Shown here: one piece after another, positions 1 through 16,079 of the stretch
Layout: each line of letters opens with the position of its first letter
How positions within the stretch are numbered: the first letter of the stretch is position 1
Assembly (NCBI RefSeq): GCF_009914755.1
Contig: NC_060942.1
From: the human T2T-CHM13v2.0 reference genome, Homo sapiens
Length of the DNA: 64,000 nucleotides
Direction: 5' to 3' (one strand)
Program-made: the position numbers and the translations under genes
The notes under the pieces: model-generated
The model's database searches: none
What the model saw: the letters and a program-made list of their open reading frames with translations, nothing else
What the model was told of the DNA's origin: nothing

Positions 1-1318
1 GCCCACTCTGATTTTGGAGCAAAGTTGTGGCCAAGCCTGGGAGCTGTCACAAGCCAGCTGGGTATGTGCATGCTCAGGCCAGAACTGACACACCAGACCC
101 CTGCTGCCTCGGCCCCCTCTGGACTTTGGGTGCCAAGGAGAACGGGAGGGAGTCTGAAGGGGTGCTAAGGGTGGCTTGGTGCAGGCTTGCAGGCACCCTT
201 GGCACTAACAGCCTGGGCGCACTGGCACTGTGGATGGCCGGTTAATGGTAGCAGGAGGCAGACAGGCTCCTGGGTAAAAAGTGCAGGTCCCTGGTGAAAC
301 CCCACCTTCAGGCCAGGGACAGCCTGAGGCCTGGGGGCCAGGCTGCCATTTCCACAGACCAGAGTGAGAACTTATGGTGCTTTTTCTGGACCCTCCCATG
401 GCCACCCATAGACCAATCAGAGTGCACTTTCTCCCCTCTGAAGCCCATAAAAACCCTGGTCTCAGCCAGACTTGGATAGACAACAGGACAACCTGCCTGC
501 AGAGAGGAGCTACCCACTGTACTCTCTACTGAGAGCTGAGAAAATAATAGGATGAACTGCCTGCAGAGAGCAGTTACCCACTGTGGGTCTCCTCTCTGCT
601 GAGAGCTGAGCAGACAACAGGCCAACCTGCCTGTGGAGAGGAACTACACGCTGTGGGTCTCCTCTGAGCTGCTCTGTTGCTTAACAGAGCACCTTTTTGC
701 CTTGCTCAGCCTTCACTTGTCCACGTACTTCATTCTTCCTGGATGCAGGACAAGAACTCAGGACCCACCGATGGTGGGGCTGAAAGAGCTTTAACACAAA
801 CAGGGCTGAAGCATGCCCCTTGCTCATTATATTGCAGGCACCAAAAAGGAGAGAAGAGAGAAGGAGAGAAGAGCTGCGGCCCTTTGGGAAGCCCAGACCA
901 AGGAGCTCCCTGAGCCAGGGCTGTGACACCCTCTTTAGGGCTCTGCGGTTCCAGGCACCACCAAGTTCCCCAGTGCCAGCCATGTAAGCTTCTTGTGGTA
1001 GGGTCTGGTCCCGGCACAGCCTTGCAGGGAGCTGGTACCTGTGCCAGTGCCTGGTGCTGCCCACCCTGCTGCAGCCAGCATGCTTAGCTGTGCACAGTGG
1101 CCAGACCCCATGCTCATTTGCTCACATACCCCTCGCTGCTCCACACCTGGCTCATCCTTGGCAGGCGTGGGATCCAGGCCAGTAGTGCCAGCTGAGCACA
1201 GCCTGCCAGGCTGAGTGGGCAAAACGAGCCCAGGAGGCCTGAGCAAAACTCAGGCAAAGGCACTACTGGCCACAGAGGTTTCCAGCCAGAAAAGTAACAC
1301 TCCAAGGATCCTGAGACA
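1..1318 (+). mobile_element. MER52-family ERV1 solo LTR (5' part lies outside the window)
   Basis: Characteristic internal repeats (acctgcctgcagagaggagctacccact...ctctctgctgagagctga, ~3 copies at 490-670), CCAAT and cataaaa promoter elements, and the 3' terminus ...ccaaggatcctgagaca. Confidence 0.85.
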
Positions 1319-1553
1319 ATGTGAAGATAGAGGCAAAGATTGGAGTGGTGCATCCATCAGCCAAAGAACACTGATGATTGATGCTAATCCTCAGAAGCTA
1401 GAAGAGGCAAGGAAAGATTCTTCCCTATAACCTTAAGAGAGAGCCCAGCTAATACCTTGATTTCAGACTAGAACTGTCAGAAAATACATTTCTGTTGTTT
1501 TAAGCCACCTACTTTGTCATACTTTGTTATGGCAGCCCCGAGAAACTAACACA
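1319..1553 (+). mobile_element. MLT1C-like MaLR LTR, 3' part (interrupted by MER52)
   Basis: gaagctagaagaggcaaggaa...ccttgatttcagac...ttgttatggcagccc..gaaactaacaca terminus. Confidence 0.8.
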
Positions 1554-1790
1554 TCTGCCAAGATGCCAGACTTGTGAGTGATACTATCCTGGACCCTCTA
1601 GACCAGCCCATCTGCCAGCTAAGTACCACCATATGACCTCAGTTAAGGTCACCTGGAACAGAAGAATCATCAGCTAAGATCTGTCCAAATTCCTGATCCA
1701 CAAAATCATGATATATAATAAAATGGATTGTTATTTTAACCCATGAAATTTTGGGGTACTTAGTTTTGCAGTAATTGAAAGACATACACA
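1554..1790 (+). mobile_element. Older MLT1 (MLT1H/F-like) LTR, 3' part
   Basis: ccagcccatctgccagct...aaattcctgatccacaaaatcatga...aataaaatgg..ttttggggt motifs. Confidence 0.65.
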
Positions 1791-2155
1791 GTAAGTCTGT
1801 GGCTGAACTGGAACTAAAATTTAGGTCTCCTGCCTCCTAGTTAATTCAGTAGGGCTTTCCATTCTCCATGGCTTCTCCTGCTCATAAGCCAGTTATTATT
1901 CTCAGCAGTTTCATTTGCATACATCTCATAAGTTTTATCCCAGTACCCCAGTTAAGATGTACAATTCATTGAGAACAGATAAACAGCATGCCATCTTGAT
2001 GCCACCATCAACACCAACCCCCTGGTTGAGTGTTGGAGGTGAAGGCTATAAGCAACAGCAAAACAACAGAAACAAGAAGGGCATGTAGGTGAAACAGTAT
2101 ATAAGAGTACAGGTTTTGAGGTGGCAGGGAGTAAGGATGTTGAATGGGAGAGGCA

Positions 2156-2527
2156 TGTCATGGCTTGAATGTGTCCCCTCCAAAAGCATATATTAGAAAT
2201 TTAATTCCCAATGCAGCATTGGCAGGTGGGGTCTAATGAGAGGTGGTTAGGCCATAAGGGCTCTACTCTCACGAACAGACTAATGCCATGATTGTGGGAG
2301 TGGGTTTATTATAAAATGACAAGTTTGCACTCTCTCGCGCGCACGCTCTCTCTCTCCCTTCACCCCCCACCTTCCTCCATGAGATGACACAGCAAGAAGG
2401 TCCTTGCAAGATGCCAGCACCTTGATATTGGACTTGCCAGCCTTCAGAACTGTAAGAAATAAATTTTTCTTTATAATGTATCCAGTATCTGGTATTCTCT
2501 TACAGAAGCACAAAATGGACTAAGATG
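2156..2527 (+). mobile_element. MSTD-like MaLR solo LTR
   Basis: tgtcatggcttgaatgtgtcccctccaaa start and gcacaaaatggactaagatg end; flanks aggca/aggtg fit a CpG-decayed 5-bp TSD. Confidence 0.85.
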
Positions 2528-3439
2528 AGGTGAATTCAGATTGTAAAAGGCTTTGAATGTCAGGCTAGAAAGCCAGAATACAAAGAGCATACATAACAGT
2601 GGATATCCTAACAGGAAGACCGGTGAGCTGGAATCAGTCAGTGCTATCTTACTGCCTACATTACTGCCCCTGTTCTAGCTGACTGGATGCCACCTGCTTT
2701 CCCCAGCTTCCTAGCAGTTAAGGACACTTGTGAAACACCTGTACTCAGAAACGCAGCTACAACATAAGCCAAATCGATAGCACTTTTGAAAATCAAGGTC
2801 TGCATGTTGAGAGCCATGTTGTTTTTAAATGGGTGTTCATAGTTTCTGGGATAGGTCCCATATTCATCTGTGCTTTTTTAATAAAGGGAAATGTTTAGGT
2901 AAATTATATCAGCTGCTGCCAGGGGGTGGGAGGCTGCTTGTGGCAAAGCCCAAAGGCCGAGAAATTCTAGAAATGCATTTATGAGATTTCAACCTTGCCA
3001 CCTCAGAGCCTCTCCAGGTGGTAATGGCCTCTCCTTTGAGGGTGGTTGGGTCAGTTCCATCCACATCAGTCAGTCATTATCTCCGCTCAGTTCCTTCCAA
3101 CACTAAACTTTCCAGTGAAAGTCCTTTCCCATGTATCAACCTCCAGCGCCACTGATCACAACCCAATAGCCTCAGTGGAATTGCTCCCAGAGGTTTAAGC
3201 ACCTAGAATGCCCTCCCCTTTTATCCCAATCTCAATCCTATGTGACCCTCAAGATCCAGCAAAAAAAAAAACAACCCTTCTTTCTGAAGTCTTCTGCAAC
3301 GCTATAGTCCACAAGCAGACTGCTTTCTCTCTGAGTTTACAATGCGTTATTATATACTATACCATATTCATAGTAAGATGTTTTATAATATCTATTATCT
3401 TAAACTATTTTACAGCCACCTAAATACATTTTTAATTTA

Positions 3440-5330
3440 TAATTTTAATAAAAAATAAGACACACTGATGGCAGAAAAAAATTGAAAAACAAACATGTAT
3501 GATGAAAAATAGGTTTCTGTCTAACCCCAACCCCGGTCTTTTCCCCAGAAGAAGAAACTTCTGTTACTGGTTTCTTGTTTAGTTTTCCAGAAATACTTTA
3601 TGCCTATATAAGTACATGTGTACATGCGTGTGTGTGTGTGTGTATTTACCTGCTAGGGTGCAATACGATTCACAGCACACCATGAACTCTTTCCACATCT
3701 TGCTTTTTAATGACCTATTAAGCCTTGCTTTGTGACCTCATACTAAGTTGGTTTTGGGAATTGCTCATGTGTGCTTGAGAAGAATATGTATTCTCAATTA
3801 GACATATAGCCACTACTTTAAACATCTTCATTGCCTTTTTCAAATCTTCTGTTTGCTTACCAGTTTTTGGGAATAGTTTATTTATCAATTACTGAGAAAG
3901 GTGTATTTAAATCTCCTGCTCATGAGGGTGGATTTATCCATTTTTCCCTGTAGCTCTGTATTTCCTTTGTGTATTTCGAAACTAAGTGCATACAAATTTA
4001 GAAGTGATACCTTCCTAGAGAATTGAAAATTTATTATTATGCTGTGAACCTTGTTAGCACTAATAATGCTTCTTGCTTAAGAAATTTATTTTTGTGATAT
4101 GAATATAACAATACTAGCGTTCTTTTGGCCAGTGTTTGCCCAGTGTATCTTTTTCCACTCATTCACTTTCAATTTTTTTTTGTCTCTTAAAACTGCAGAC
4201 AGGACTGAACTTGAGTTTTTGTTAATCCAATCTGACCAATCTCTCTTTTAGCTGGTAGATTAAACCTATTTATATTTATTGTAATGACTAATAGAGATAT
4301 ACATTTATTTTACCATTTTATATGGTGTTTTTTTCTACCATTTTTTCCTCTCATTTATAACCTCCTTTAGAAAAAATTGAGGTTTTAAAATTATAGTTTC
4401 CTCTTCTGTTTTAGAAATTACACACTCCATTTCTACGTTTTAGTGCTTACTCTTAAATGTTTTAACATGAATACTTAACTTGAAGTCCAAAATTAATACC
4501 ACTACATTTTCTTCACCAAATCAAGGACTGTAGAGCACTTTGTGCTCATTTCATTCTATGTTATATATTTAAATTTTAGATGTATCTCATTTTTTTCATC
4601 CCATAATGAATCATTATTGGTGTTTTTGTAAAATTAACATTTGTTTATATTTACCCATCTGTTTACCAAGGTTTTTGTTCTCCATTGCATCTTAGATCCT
4701 CCTTCTGCGACAAGTTTCCTTCTTTCTTAAATACATATTTTAGGAGTTCCTTTGGTGACTCTCCTTTAGTGTGAACTCTCTGAGTTTTTGTTTGTCCAAA
4801 TTTTTTTTATTATTTATAAACACATAAAATCCTCATTTGATACATTACCCCCCGCCTCAGCACTTTGAAGATGTCTTCTAGCTGCCAAAGTTGCTGCTGA
4901 GAAGTCAGCTGTTTTTCCAGTTTTGTTGTCCTTTGTAGGACATCCATCTTTCCTCCCTGGCTGATTTAATACCTCTCATTAATATCATACGATTTCACTT
5001 TCAAATTTCTAAATGTGTGTTTCTTTTCATTTATCTTTATGAGATCAACTTTACTCCCCTAATTTGAGAATTTAAATTTTTAATCAATTCTGAAAAATCC
5101 TCAGCCATTTTCTCTTTAAAGATCACCTCTTTCTCAATCTCACTACTCTTTTACCTTTAAGAATTAGACATGTGTTAGACCTTCCTATTCAGCCTTCTGT
5201 GTCTCTTCGCATCTCTGGTATTTTCTTAATTTTTTGTTTCTCTATTCTGTATTCTGAATAATTTTTTCATATCTACTCGTTAGTTCACTAAATATCTCTA
5301 CAACCAAATCTACATTTTCCCATACTTCTC
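3440..5330 (-). mobile_element. Ancient L1ME-type LINE fragment(s)
   Basis: T-rich decayed antisense L1 sequence (cttgagaagaatatgtattct, gtggatttatccattttt, ctgctgagaagtcagctg). Confidence 0.7.
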
Positions 5331-5927
5331 ATCTAACTCTGATTCCCTATGTCCAAGTTTATCTAAATCCTAGTAGAGAATCAATCTAAGTTAACCCACA
5401 CTTTGGTGTAAGGCCAATGTCACCTCTTCTAGAAGCCTTTTAAGTTCATAAATGGATACCTATTCTCAGAAACTTGGAACAGGGTTTTAGCCCATGAGAA
5501 GTGTTTGATAAGTCTCTGTTGAACAGGCAAATGAACCCTAGGGAAACGGATAAACTTATAGTTCAAGAACTCAACAAAGGCACCACCTAAAACCCACGCT
5601 AGCCTTAGGGAAGAGAAGTTCAGGATTTCGTTTGAGCTGGAGGAAGACTTCATAGAAGAAATAACACTTTAATTGCATCTTGAAATATGAACAGAATGTT
5701 ACTGTGGGAGGAGGAGGATTTCAACTGGCAGACCCTCCTAAAGCAAAAGATTGAGGTGGGAAGTAAAAGACAAGTCTAATAAGAACAGTAGATGGGATGT
5801 GTGAATAGTGAGGGCTAACTGTGGAAATTTAAGGTGAGATCAGACTATAAAGGTGTTAAATAAGAGGATTTCAACTTTATCCTATTTTCTGACAGTTTCT
5901 TGATTGAAAAGTTTGGCCCAAAGAAGC

Positions 5928-6370
5928 TGTTGCAGTCAGGGTCCACACAGAAAAACAAAGTCCATGCCAGGTAGCTTTGCAGAGGAAATTTAATATGGGA
6001 ATTAGTCATAAAAGTGTTAGAAAGACTGAAAAACCAAACAGGGGATCATGGAGCAATCCACAGATTAGCAATGGCAACCATCCTGAGAAATGGGAGGGGA
6101 AAGGGCAAGGGTGGTGTTACTGGCACTCAGAGGCTGAAAGTGTTGCTGGAGCTAGGACTGAGGACGTGGAAAAACCACAGTCATTGCTGGAAATGCTGTC
6201 CGGAGCAGACAGTGGGGGAGCAATATTCTGGCTTCTCCCCTCCTAAAACTCCAGTTTCCTGTTAATGTCTTCCATTGGCCAAACTTAGCCAAAATCCAGT
6301 TAATCATGAAAACTTGGGGATGAAATTTGAAAGGATCGTTCCTCTACAATACAGCACAGAGCAGAGATCA
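5928..6370. mobile_element. Old ERVL/MaLR-type LTR relic (family uncertain)
   Basis: tgttgcagtcagggtcc... start and ccattggccaaactt motif resemble ancient LTRs. Confidence 0.35.
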
Positions 6371-6569
6371 CAGGAAATGGTGCAAAGAGCAAATAAGCAA
6401 ATTACAAGTAAGGGCCCCATCAAGGAAGAACCATTGTGAGGAGAAGAATGGAGGCTGGGAGCAAAGAAAACAGCTGAGGAACCTAGGAAACAGTACAAAT
6501 GTGGGGAGCTGAGACTCCCAACCATAGAAGCATCCAAAGGGAAGGAACAGTTGGGAGGGTACAAAAATC

Positions 6570-7374
6570 CAAAAGGCCAATAAATATAAGAAAAGATGCT
6601 CAACCTTGGCTATCAGGGAAATGAAAATTAAAACCATACATATACACATCAGAATGGCAAAAATTGAAAGCTCTGACAATACTAAGTGTTGACAAGAAGA
6701 TGAGACAATGGGTAATATAATTGGTATATTCTTTGCTTCCTTGTGGGAGCATAGTTTGATATGACCACTTTGCAAAAAAAAAAAGCAGTTTCATGTTATC
6801 CAGTAAAAAGAAAGGTAGGCATACCCTATGATAGATAATTGCATCCCAGCTATATACTCTATCAACATGTGTGCACATGGTTACCATCAAATATACCAAG
6901 AGGATTTACAGCAGCATTGTTTATATTTGCCCCAAAATGGAAATAACCAAATATCCAATCAGTAATGGAAATACTTTTTTAAATTAGTGTATATTTTCAC
7001 TTATTCATACAATGGAATATAGTAATAAAAATGAACTACAACTGCATACAACCAAATAAATGATTCTTACAAACACAATGTTCTGTGTATGTAAAACATA
7101 TGACCTAAAATAATATATATAAAATGATTCTATTTTTATTAGGTTCAAAACTAGGAAAGTCCAAAATTAAAAATAATGAAAACACAGCTGGTAAGAGAAA
7201 AGCAAGGGGATTATTACCATAAAATAAGGATAATGGTTATCTCTGAAGGGGGAGTTTCCAGCGATTCTGATAATGTTCCTTTTCTTAAAGTGGGTGGCTT
7301 TAAGTTACTTGGGTGTTTGCATTATAACTATTAATATTTGTTAAACTGTGCATATAAGTGTTATGCACTTTCCT
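6570..7374 (+). mobile_element. L1ME-type 3' end (target of the L1PB1 insertion)
   Basis: Decayed ORF2 C-terminal and 3'UTR motifs (aaaagatgctcaacc, cagcattgtttata, catacaatggaata). Confidence 0.75.
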
Positions 7375-8873
7375 GAAAAAATGGCAGATAGGAGGTAGGA
7401 CTGACTTGCAGCTCCCACTCGGATGGACAGAACAGTGTGTGAAGACTCCCATTGTGAACTTTTGCCTCAAGAACTACCACAGGAACATACCAGGAAAACC
7501 AAAAGAATTCAAAGACCTTTTGAAGGAAGCGGCTTGCCACTGCAAACTCTGTGAGACAGCCCAAAAACTGAGTGCCCAAAGTGTGTGAGAGGGAAAGTCT
7601 GCCTCTGAACACACATCCTAACTGGGGAACCTGAAAATCCAGATCATGGGAGAAGGAGTTAACCTTACCTAGAGCTGAAATAAATTTAGAGAGCCGAATG
7701 AAATATAAAAGTAGAAGCAGCAAAAAGATCTCTGTAGGCGCTCCTGGTCCCCAGGGAAGCCATTTCTGACTTTATCTTACAGGGTTCCTTGGGGAAGGCT
7801 GCCAGTGGAATTGGGGAAGGATCACAGAGAGAAGGAAACTTCCAGCTGAACTTTTTAATAATTTCAACTGAATGGGATGTTTTCCTGGGCAGAATGGGGG
7901 TGAGGTGTGAACAGGAAGTGCAGATACCAGCAGAGAAGCTGTGGCAGGAGGGGAGAGGTGGGGCCTGAAAGCCCTTCCTGCTTTCTCAGCAGGGAGCCTT
8001 GTAGCCGGGGGCAAGATCTCAGCCCCACTCACCGGCTGCCTGGATACCAGTTTGGTACTGTTGGTGGGGCACGGTGGGAGTGAGACTGGCCTTGCTGGCT
8101 GTGTGGGAGCTTGGTGAAGCCTGTCACTGATGGCTTTCCTCCTGGTGACTTCCCTGGTGGGAAGGTCACTTCCCCGGTGACCTGTATGACATAGTAGCAG
8201 AGACAGCCATAATCCCTCTGGAAAAATAACTCCATTGGCCTGAGAACCAACCCTCATCCCCCACAGTAGCTGCAGCAAGCCCCACTCAAGGAGAGTCTGA
8301 GCTCAGAAACACCTAATTCCTCCTCCACTTGATGGTCTTTCTCTACCCTCCCTGGTAACTGAAGACAAAAGAAATAATCTCTTGGGAGCTCTATGGCCCT
8401 GCCCATCACCTAAGAAACCCGAATACTTATCTAGGAGACCTTAGGCAAGCTTGTATCAGCTGATGCTCCCTTGAAAGTGCTACCTCCTGGCTAGAGGCCA
8501 ACCAACTGCTAGCACAACCAGCATTCGAGAAAGCCAGTGCACTAAACAAAACTACAACCAAGGACCCTAACAAAGTCCACTTCACTCCCCTGCTACCTCC
8601 ACTGGAGTAGGTGCTTACATCCATGACTGACAGACCTGGAGATGAATCACACCACAGGACTCTTTGCAGACACTCTCCAGTACAGCTCAGAACCTGGTAG
8701 GTCTGCTGGATGGCTAGACCCAGAAAAGCAATAACAATCACTGTAGTCTGGCTCTCAGGAAGCCCCATCCCTAGGGGAAGGGGAAGAGCACCACATCAAG
8801 GGATCACTCTGTGGGACGAATCTGAACAGTAGCCCTTGAGCCCCGGATCTTTCCTCTGACATCGTCTACCCAA

Positions 8874-9850
8874 ATGATAAGAAACCGGAAAAGTAATTCT
8901 GGTAATATGACAAAACAAGGTAGTTTAACATCCCCAAAATATCACACTAGCTCACCAGCAATGGATCCAAACCAAGAAGAAATCTCTGAATTTCCAAAAA
9001 AAGAATACAGAAGGTTGATTATTAAGCTACTCAAGGAGGAACTAGAGAAAGGTGAAAACCAACTTAAAGAAATTTTAAAAATAATATAAGATATGGACAA
9101 AAAAATCTCCAGAGAAATAGATAGCATAAATAAAAACAATCACAAGGTCTGGAAATGAAAGACACACTCAGAGAAATGCAAAATACACTGGAAACTTTCA
9201 ACAATAGAATCAAACAAGTAGAAGAAAGAACTTCAGAGCTCAAAGACAAGGCTTCTGAATTAACCCAATCCAACAAAGAAAAAAAAATTTTAAATGAACA
9301 AAGCCTCCTAGAATTTTGGAATTATGTTAAATTACTGATCCTAAGGATAACTGGTGTTCCTGAGGAAGAAGAGAAATCTAAAAGTTTGGAAAGCTTATTT
9401 GAAGGAATAATCAAGTAAAACATTCCTGGCCTTGCAGACAAATACAAGAAGCTCAAACAACACCCAGGCAATTCATCACAAAAAGATCATCACCTAGGCA
9501 CATAGTCATCAGGTTATCTAAAGTCAGGATGAAGAAAATAATCTTAATAGCTGTGAGGCAAAAGCATCAGGTAACCTATAAAAGAAAACCTATCAGACTA
9601 ACTGCAGATTTCTCAGCAGAAAGCCTACAGGTTAGAAGGGATTGAGGTCCTATCTTTAGCTTCCTTAAACAAAACAATTATCAGCCAAAAATTTTGCATC
9701 CAGCAAAACTAAGCTTCATAAATGAAGGAAAAATAAAGTCTTTTTCAGACAAACAAATGATGAGAGAATTCACCACTCCAAGCCAGCACTACAAGAACTG
9801 CTCAAAGGAGTTCTAAATCTTGAAACAAAAACCTTGAAATACACCAAAAT
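8874..9850 (+). pseudogene. L1 ORF1p remnant (stops and frameshifts)
   Basis: ORF fragments MIRNRKSNSGNMTKQGS..., MKDTLREMQNTLETFNNRIKQVEER...ITGVPEEEE (coiled coil and RRM start). Confidence 0.85.
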
Positions 9851-12096
9851 AGAACCTCCTTAAAGCATAAATCTCAGGGTCTATAAAACAATAACACAAT
9901 GAAATAAAAAACAAGATATTCAGGCTGCAACTAGCACAATGAATAGAGTAGCACCTCACATCTTAACATTAACATTGAATGTAAATGGTCTAAATGCTCC
10001 ACTTAAAAGATACAAAATGGCAGAATGGGTAAGAATTCACCAACCAAGTATCTGCTGTCTTCAAGAGACTCACCTAACACATAAGGACTCACATAGACTT
10101 AAGGTTAAGGGGTGGAAAAAGATACTTCATGCAAGTGGACACCAAAAATGAGCAGGAGTAGCTATTCTCATATCAGACAAGATAGCCTTTAAAGCAACAA
10201 CAATTAAAAAAAAACAAAGAAGGACAAGATATAATGATAAAAGGACTATTTAAACAGGAAAAGATCACAATCCTAAATATATATGCACCTAACACTGCAA
10301 CTCTCAAATTTATAAAACAATTACTACTATTTCTAAGAAATGAAATAGATGGCAACACAATAATAGTGGGGGACTTCAATACTCCACTGACAGCATTAGA
10401 CAGGTCTTCAAGACAGAAAGTCAACAAAGAAACAATGGACTTTAACTATACCCTAGAACAAATGGTGGACTTAACAGATATTTACAGAACGCTCTACCCA
10501 ACAACTGCAGAATATGCATTGTATTCATCAGCACATGGAACATTCTCCAAGACAGACCATATAATAGGCCATAAAACACGTCTCAATAAATTTAAGAAAA
10601 CAGAAATGATATCAAGTACTCTCTCAGACCACAGTGGAATAAAATTGGCAATCAACTCCAAAAGGAACCCTCAAAACTATACAAAGACATGGAAATTAAA
10701 TAATCTGCTCCTGAATGATTGTTGGTACAACAATGAAATCAAGATAGAAATTAAAAAATTATTTGAACTGAACAATAATAGTGACACAACCTATCAAAAC
10801 CTCTGAGATACAGCAAAAGCAGTGCTAAGAGGAAAGTTCATTGCATTAAATGCCTACGTCAAAAAGTCTGAAAGCGCACAAATCGACAATCTAAAGTCAC
10901 ACCTCAAGGAACTAGAAAAACAAGAAGAAACCAAACCCAAACCCAGCAGAAGAAAAGAAATAACCAAGATTAGAGCAGAACTAAATGACATTAAAAAAAT
11001 ACAAAAGATAAATGAAACTAAAAGCTGGCTCTTTGAAAAGATAAACAAAATTGAAAGACCATTAGCAAGATTAACCAAGAAAAGAAGAGAGAAGATCCAA
11101 ATAAGCTCAATTAGAAACGAAACAGGAGATATTACAACCGATACCACAGAAATGCAAAAGATCATTTGAGGCTCCTATGAATATGTTTATGTGCACAAAC
11201 TAGAAAACCTAGAGGAAATGGATAAAATCCTGGAAGTATACAATCCTCCTAAGTTAAACCAGCAAGAAATAGAAACTCTGAACAGACCAATAACAAGCAG
11301 TGAGATTGAAATGGTAATAAAAAAATTGTCAACAAAAAAGTCTAGGACAAGATGGATTCACAGCTGAATTATCTCAGACATTAAAAGAAGAATTGGTACC
11401 AATCCTATTGAAACTATTCCAAAAGACAGAGAAAAAGGGAATCCTCCCTAAATCATCCTATGAAGCCAGTATCACCCTAACACCAAAATCAGGAAAGGAC
11501 ATAACAAAAAAAGAAAACTACAGAACAATATCTCAGATTAATATAGATGCAAAAGTCCTGAACAAAATAGCAGCTAACCAATTCCAACAGCAGAATATCA
11601 AAAAGATAATATACCATGATCGAGTGGGTTTCATACCTGGGATGCAGGGATGGTTTAATATACACAAATCAATAAATGTGATATACCACATAAACAGAAT
11701 CAAAAATGAAAATTGCATGATCATCTCAATAGTCACAGAAAAAGCATTTGACAATATCTAGCATCCCTTTATGACTAAAACTCTTAGCAAAATCAGTATA
11801 GAAGGACATACCTTAAGGTAATAAAAGCCATCTATGACAAACGCACAGCCAATATTATACTGAACAGGGAAACATTGAGACCATTTTCCCTGAGAACTGG
11901 AACAAGACAAGAATACCCACTTTCACCACTTCTGTTCAACATAGTACTGGAAGTCCTAGCCAGAGCAATCAGACAAGAGAAAGAAATAAAGGGCATCCAA
12001 ATCAGTAAAAAGGAAGTCAAACTGTCATTGCTCACTGCTGGTATGATCCTATAACTAGAAAACCCTAAAGACTTATCAAAAAAAGCTCCTAGATCT

Positions 12097-12437
<341 letters not shown>

Positions 12438-13287
12438 TTAAGAATACAAAACCAATGATGTATACAAATCAATAGCATTGCTGTACAACAGTGACCAAGT
12501 TGAGAATCAAATCAAGAACTCAACCCCTTTTACGAAAGCTGCAAAAAATAAAATAAAATACTCAAGAATATACCTAACCAAGGAGATGAAAGACCTCTAC
12601 AAGAAAAACTACAAAACACTGCTGAAAGAAATCATAGACAACACAAACAAATGGAAAAACATCCCATACTCATGGATGGGTAGAATCAATACTGTGAAAA
12701 TGACCATGACTGCCAAAAGCAATCCACAAATTCAGTGAAACTCCCATCAAAATACTATCATCATTTTTCACAGAACTAGAAAAAACAATCCAAAATTCAT
12801 ATGGAACTAAAAAAGAGCTCACATAGCCAAAGCAAGACTAAGCAAAAAGAACAAATCTGGAGGCATCACATTACCCAACTTCAAACTGTACTATAAGGTC
12901 ATAGTCACCAAAACAGCATGGTACTGGTATAAAAATAGGCACTTAGACCAATGGAACAGAATAGAGAAACCAGGAATAAAGCCACATACTTACAGGCAAC
13001 TGATCTTTGGCAAAGCAAACAAAAACATAAAGTAGGAAAAGGACACCCTATTCAACAAATGATGCTGAGATAATTGGCAAGCCACATGTAGAAGAATGAA
13101 ACTGGATCCTCGTCTCTCAGCTTGTACAAAAATCAACTCAAGATGCATTGAAGACTTAAATCTAAGACTCAAAACTGTAAAAATTCTAGAAGATAACATC
13201 ACAAAAACTCTTCCAGACATTGGCTTAGGCACAGAGTTCATGACCAAGAACCCAAAAACAAATGCAACAAAAACAAGAATAAATAGA

Positions 13288-13567
<280 letters not shown>

Positions 13568-14195
13568 TTAAACTAAAAAGCATCTGCACAACAAAAGAAA
13601 TAATCAGAAGAGTAAACAGACAACCCACAGAGTGGGAGAAAATATTTGCAAACTATGCATCCAACAAAGGACTACTATCCAGAATCTACAAGGAATTTAA
13701 ATAAATCAGCAAGAAAAAAGCAATTAATCCCATCAAAAAGTGGGCTAAGGAAATGAATAGATAATTCTCAAAAGAAGATATACAAACAGCAAACAAACAT
13801 GAAAAATACTCAACATCACTAATTATAGGGAAATGCAAATCAAAACTATGATGCAATACCACCTTACTCCTACAAGAAGGGCCATAATTTAAAAAATCAA
13901 AAAATAATAGATGTTGATGTGGATGTGGTGAAAAGGAACATCTTTACACTGCTGGTGGGAATGTAAACTATTAATACTACAACCACTATGGAAAACAGTG
14001 TGGAGATTCCTTAAAAAACTAAAAGTAGATCTACCATCTGATCCAGCAATCCCGCTACTGAGTATCTACTCAGAGGAAAAGAAGTCATTATATGAAAAAG
14101 ACACTTCTACATGCATGTTTATAGCAGCACAATTCACAATTGCAAAAATACGGAACCAACCCAAATGCCCATCAATCAACAAGTGGAAAAAAAAG

Positions 14196-14197
<2 letters not shown>

Positions 14198-14247
<50 letters not shown>
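14198..14247. repeat. Compound microsatellite (GT)n(TA)12(CA)n, self-complementary
   Basis: Read directly from the sequence. Confidence 0.95.
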
Positions 14248-14714
14248 CATGGAATACTATTCAGCCAAAAAAAGGAATTCAATAATGGCATTCACAGCAA
14301 CCTGGATGGAGCTGGAGACCATTATTGTAAGTGAAGTAACTCAGGAATGGAAAACAAAACATTCTATGTCCTCACTTATAAGTGGAAGCTAAGCTATGAG
14401 GATGCAAAGGCATAAGAATGATACAATGGACTCTGGGGACTTGGGAAGGGTGGGAGGGGAGTGAGGGATAAAAGACTACACATTGGGTACAGTGTACACT
14501 GCTCAGGTGATGGGTGCACCAAAATCTCAGAAATCACCACTAAAGATCTTATCCATGTAACCAAACAACACTTGTTCCCCTAAAAACCTATTGAAATAAA
14601 AAAATAGATCAAGACACCAAAAAAAAAAAAAAGAAAAAATGAATGTTATATACTTTTCTATGGTATATACGCTCAAGAGTAAAAACATATTTTTTAAGGA
14701 ATAGAGGAAAAGAA

Positions 14715-15860
<1,146 letters not shown>

Positions 15861-16079
15861 ATGAGACACCATATCGTACTTGAGGTTGTGATGCTGGCGA
15901 AATCATCATCAGGTGCTTTGACACCCCCCATCCCATGCCCCCAACAACCACCACATGCACACACACCCTGGCCTCTGCCCCACAGCTCTCTGGACCACAG
16001 TCAGGGCAGGACCAAGTCAGGGATAGAGGGGGCTAGACTGAGCGGACCATGAGCACAGATAGGTCATAGAAGAATAGCA

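Noticed and set aside
490-670. Spaced direct repeats resembling a CRISPR array
   Set aside because: Intrinsic tandem units of the MER52 LTR in a eukaryotic genome; no unique spacers or cas genes.
2915-2930. CTCF-like motif ctgccagggggtgg
   Set aside because: Mismatches at two core positions; cannot be supported from sequence alone.
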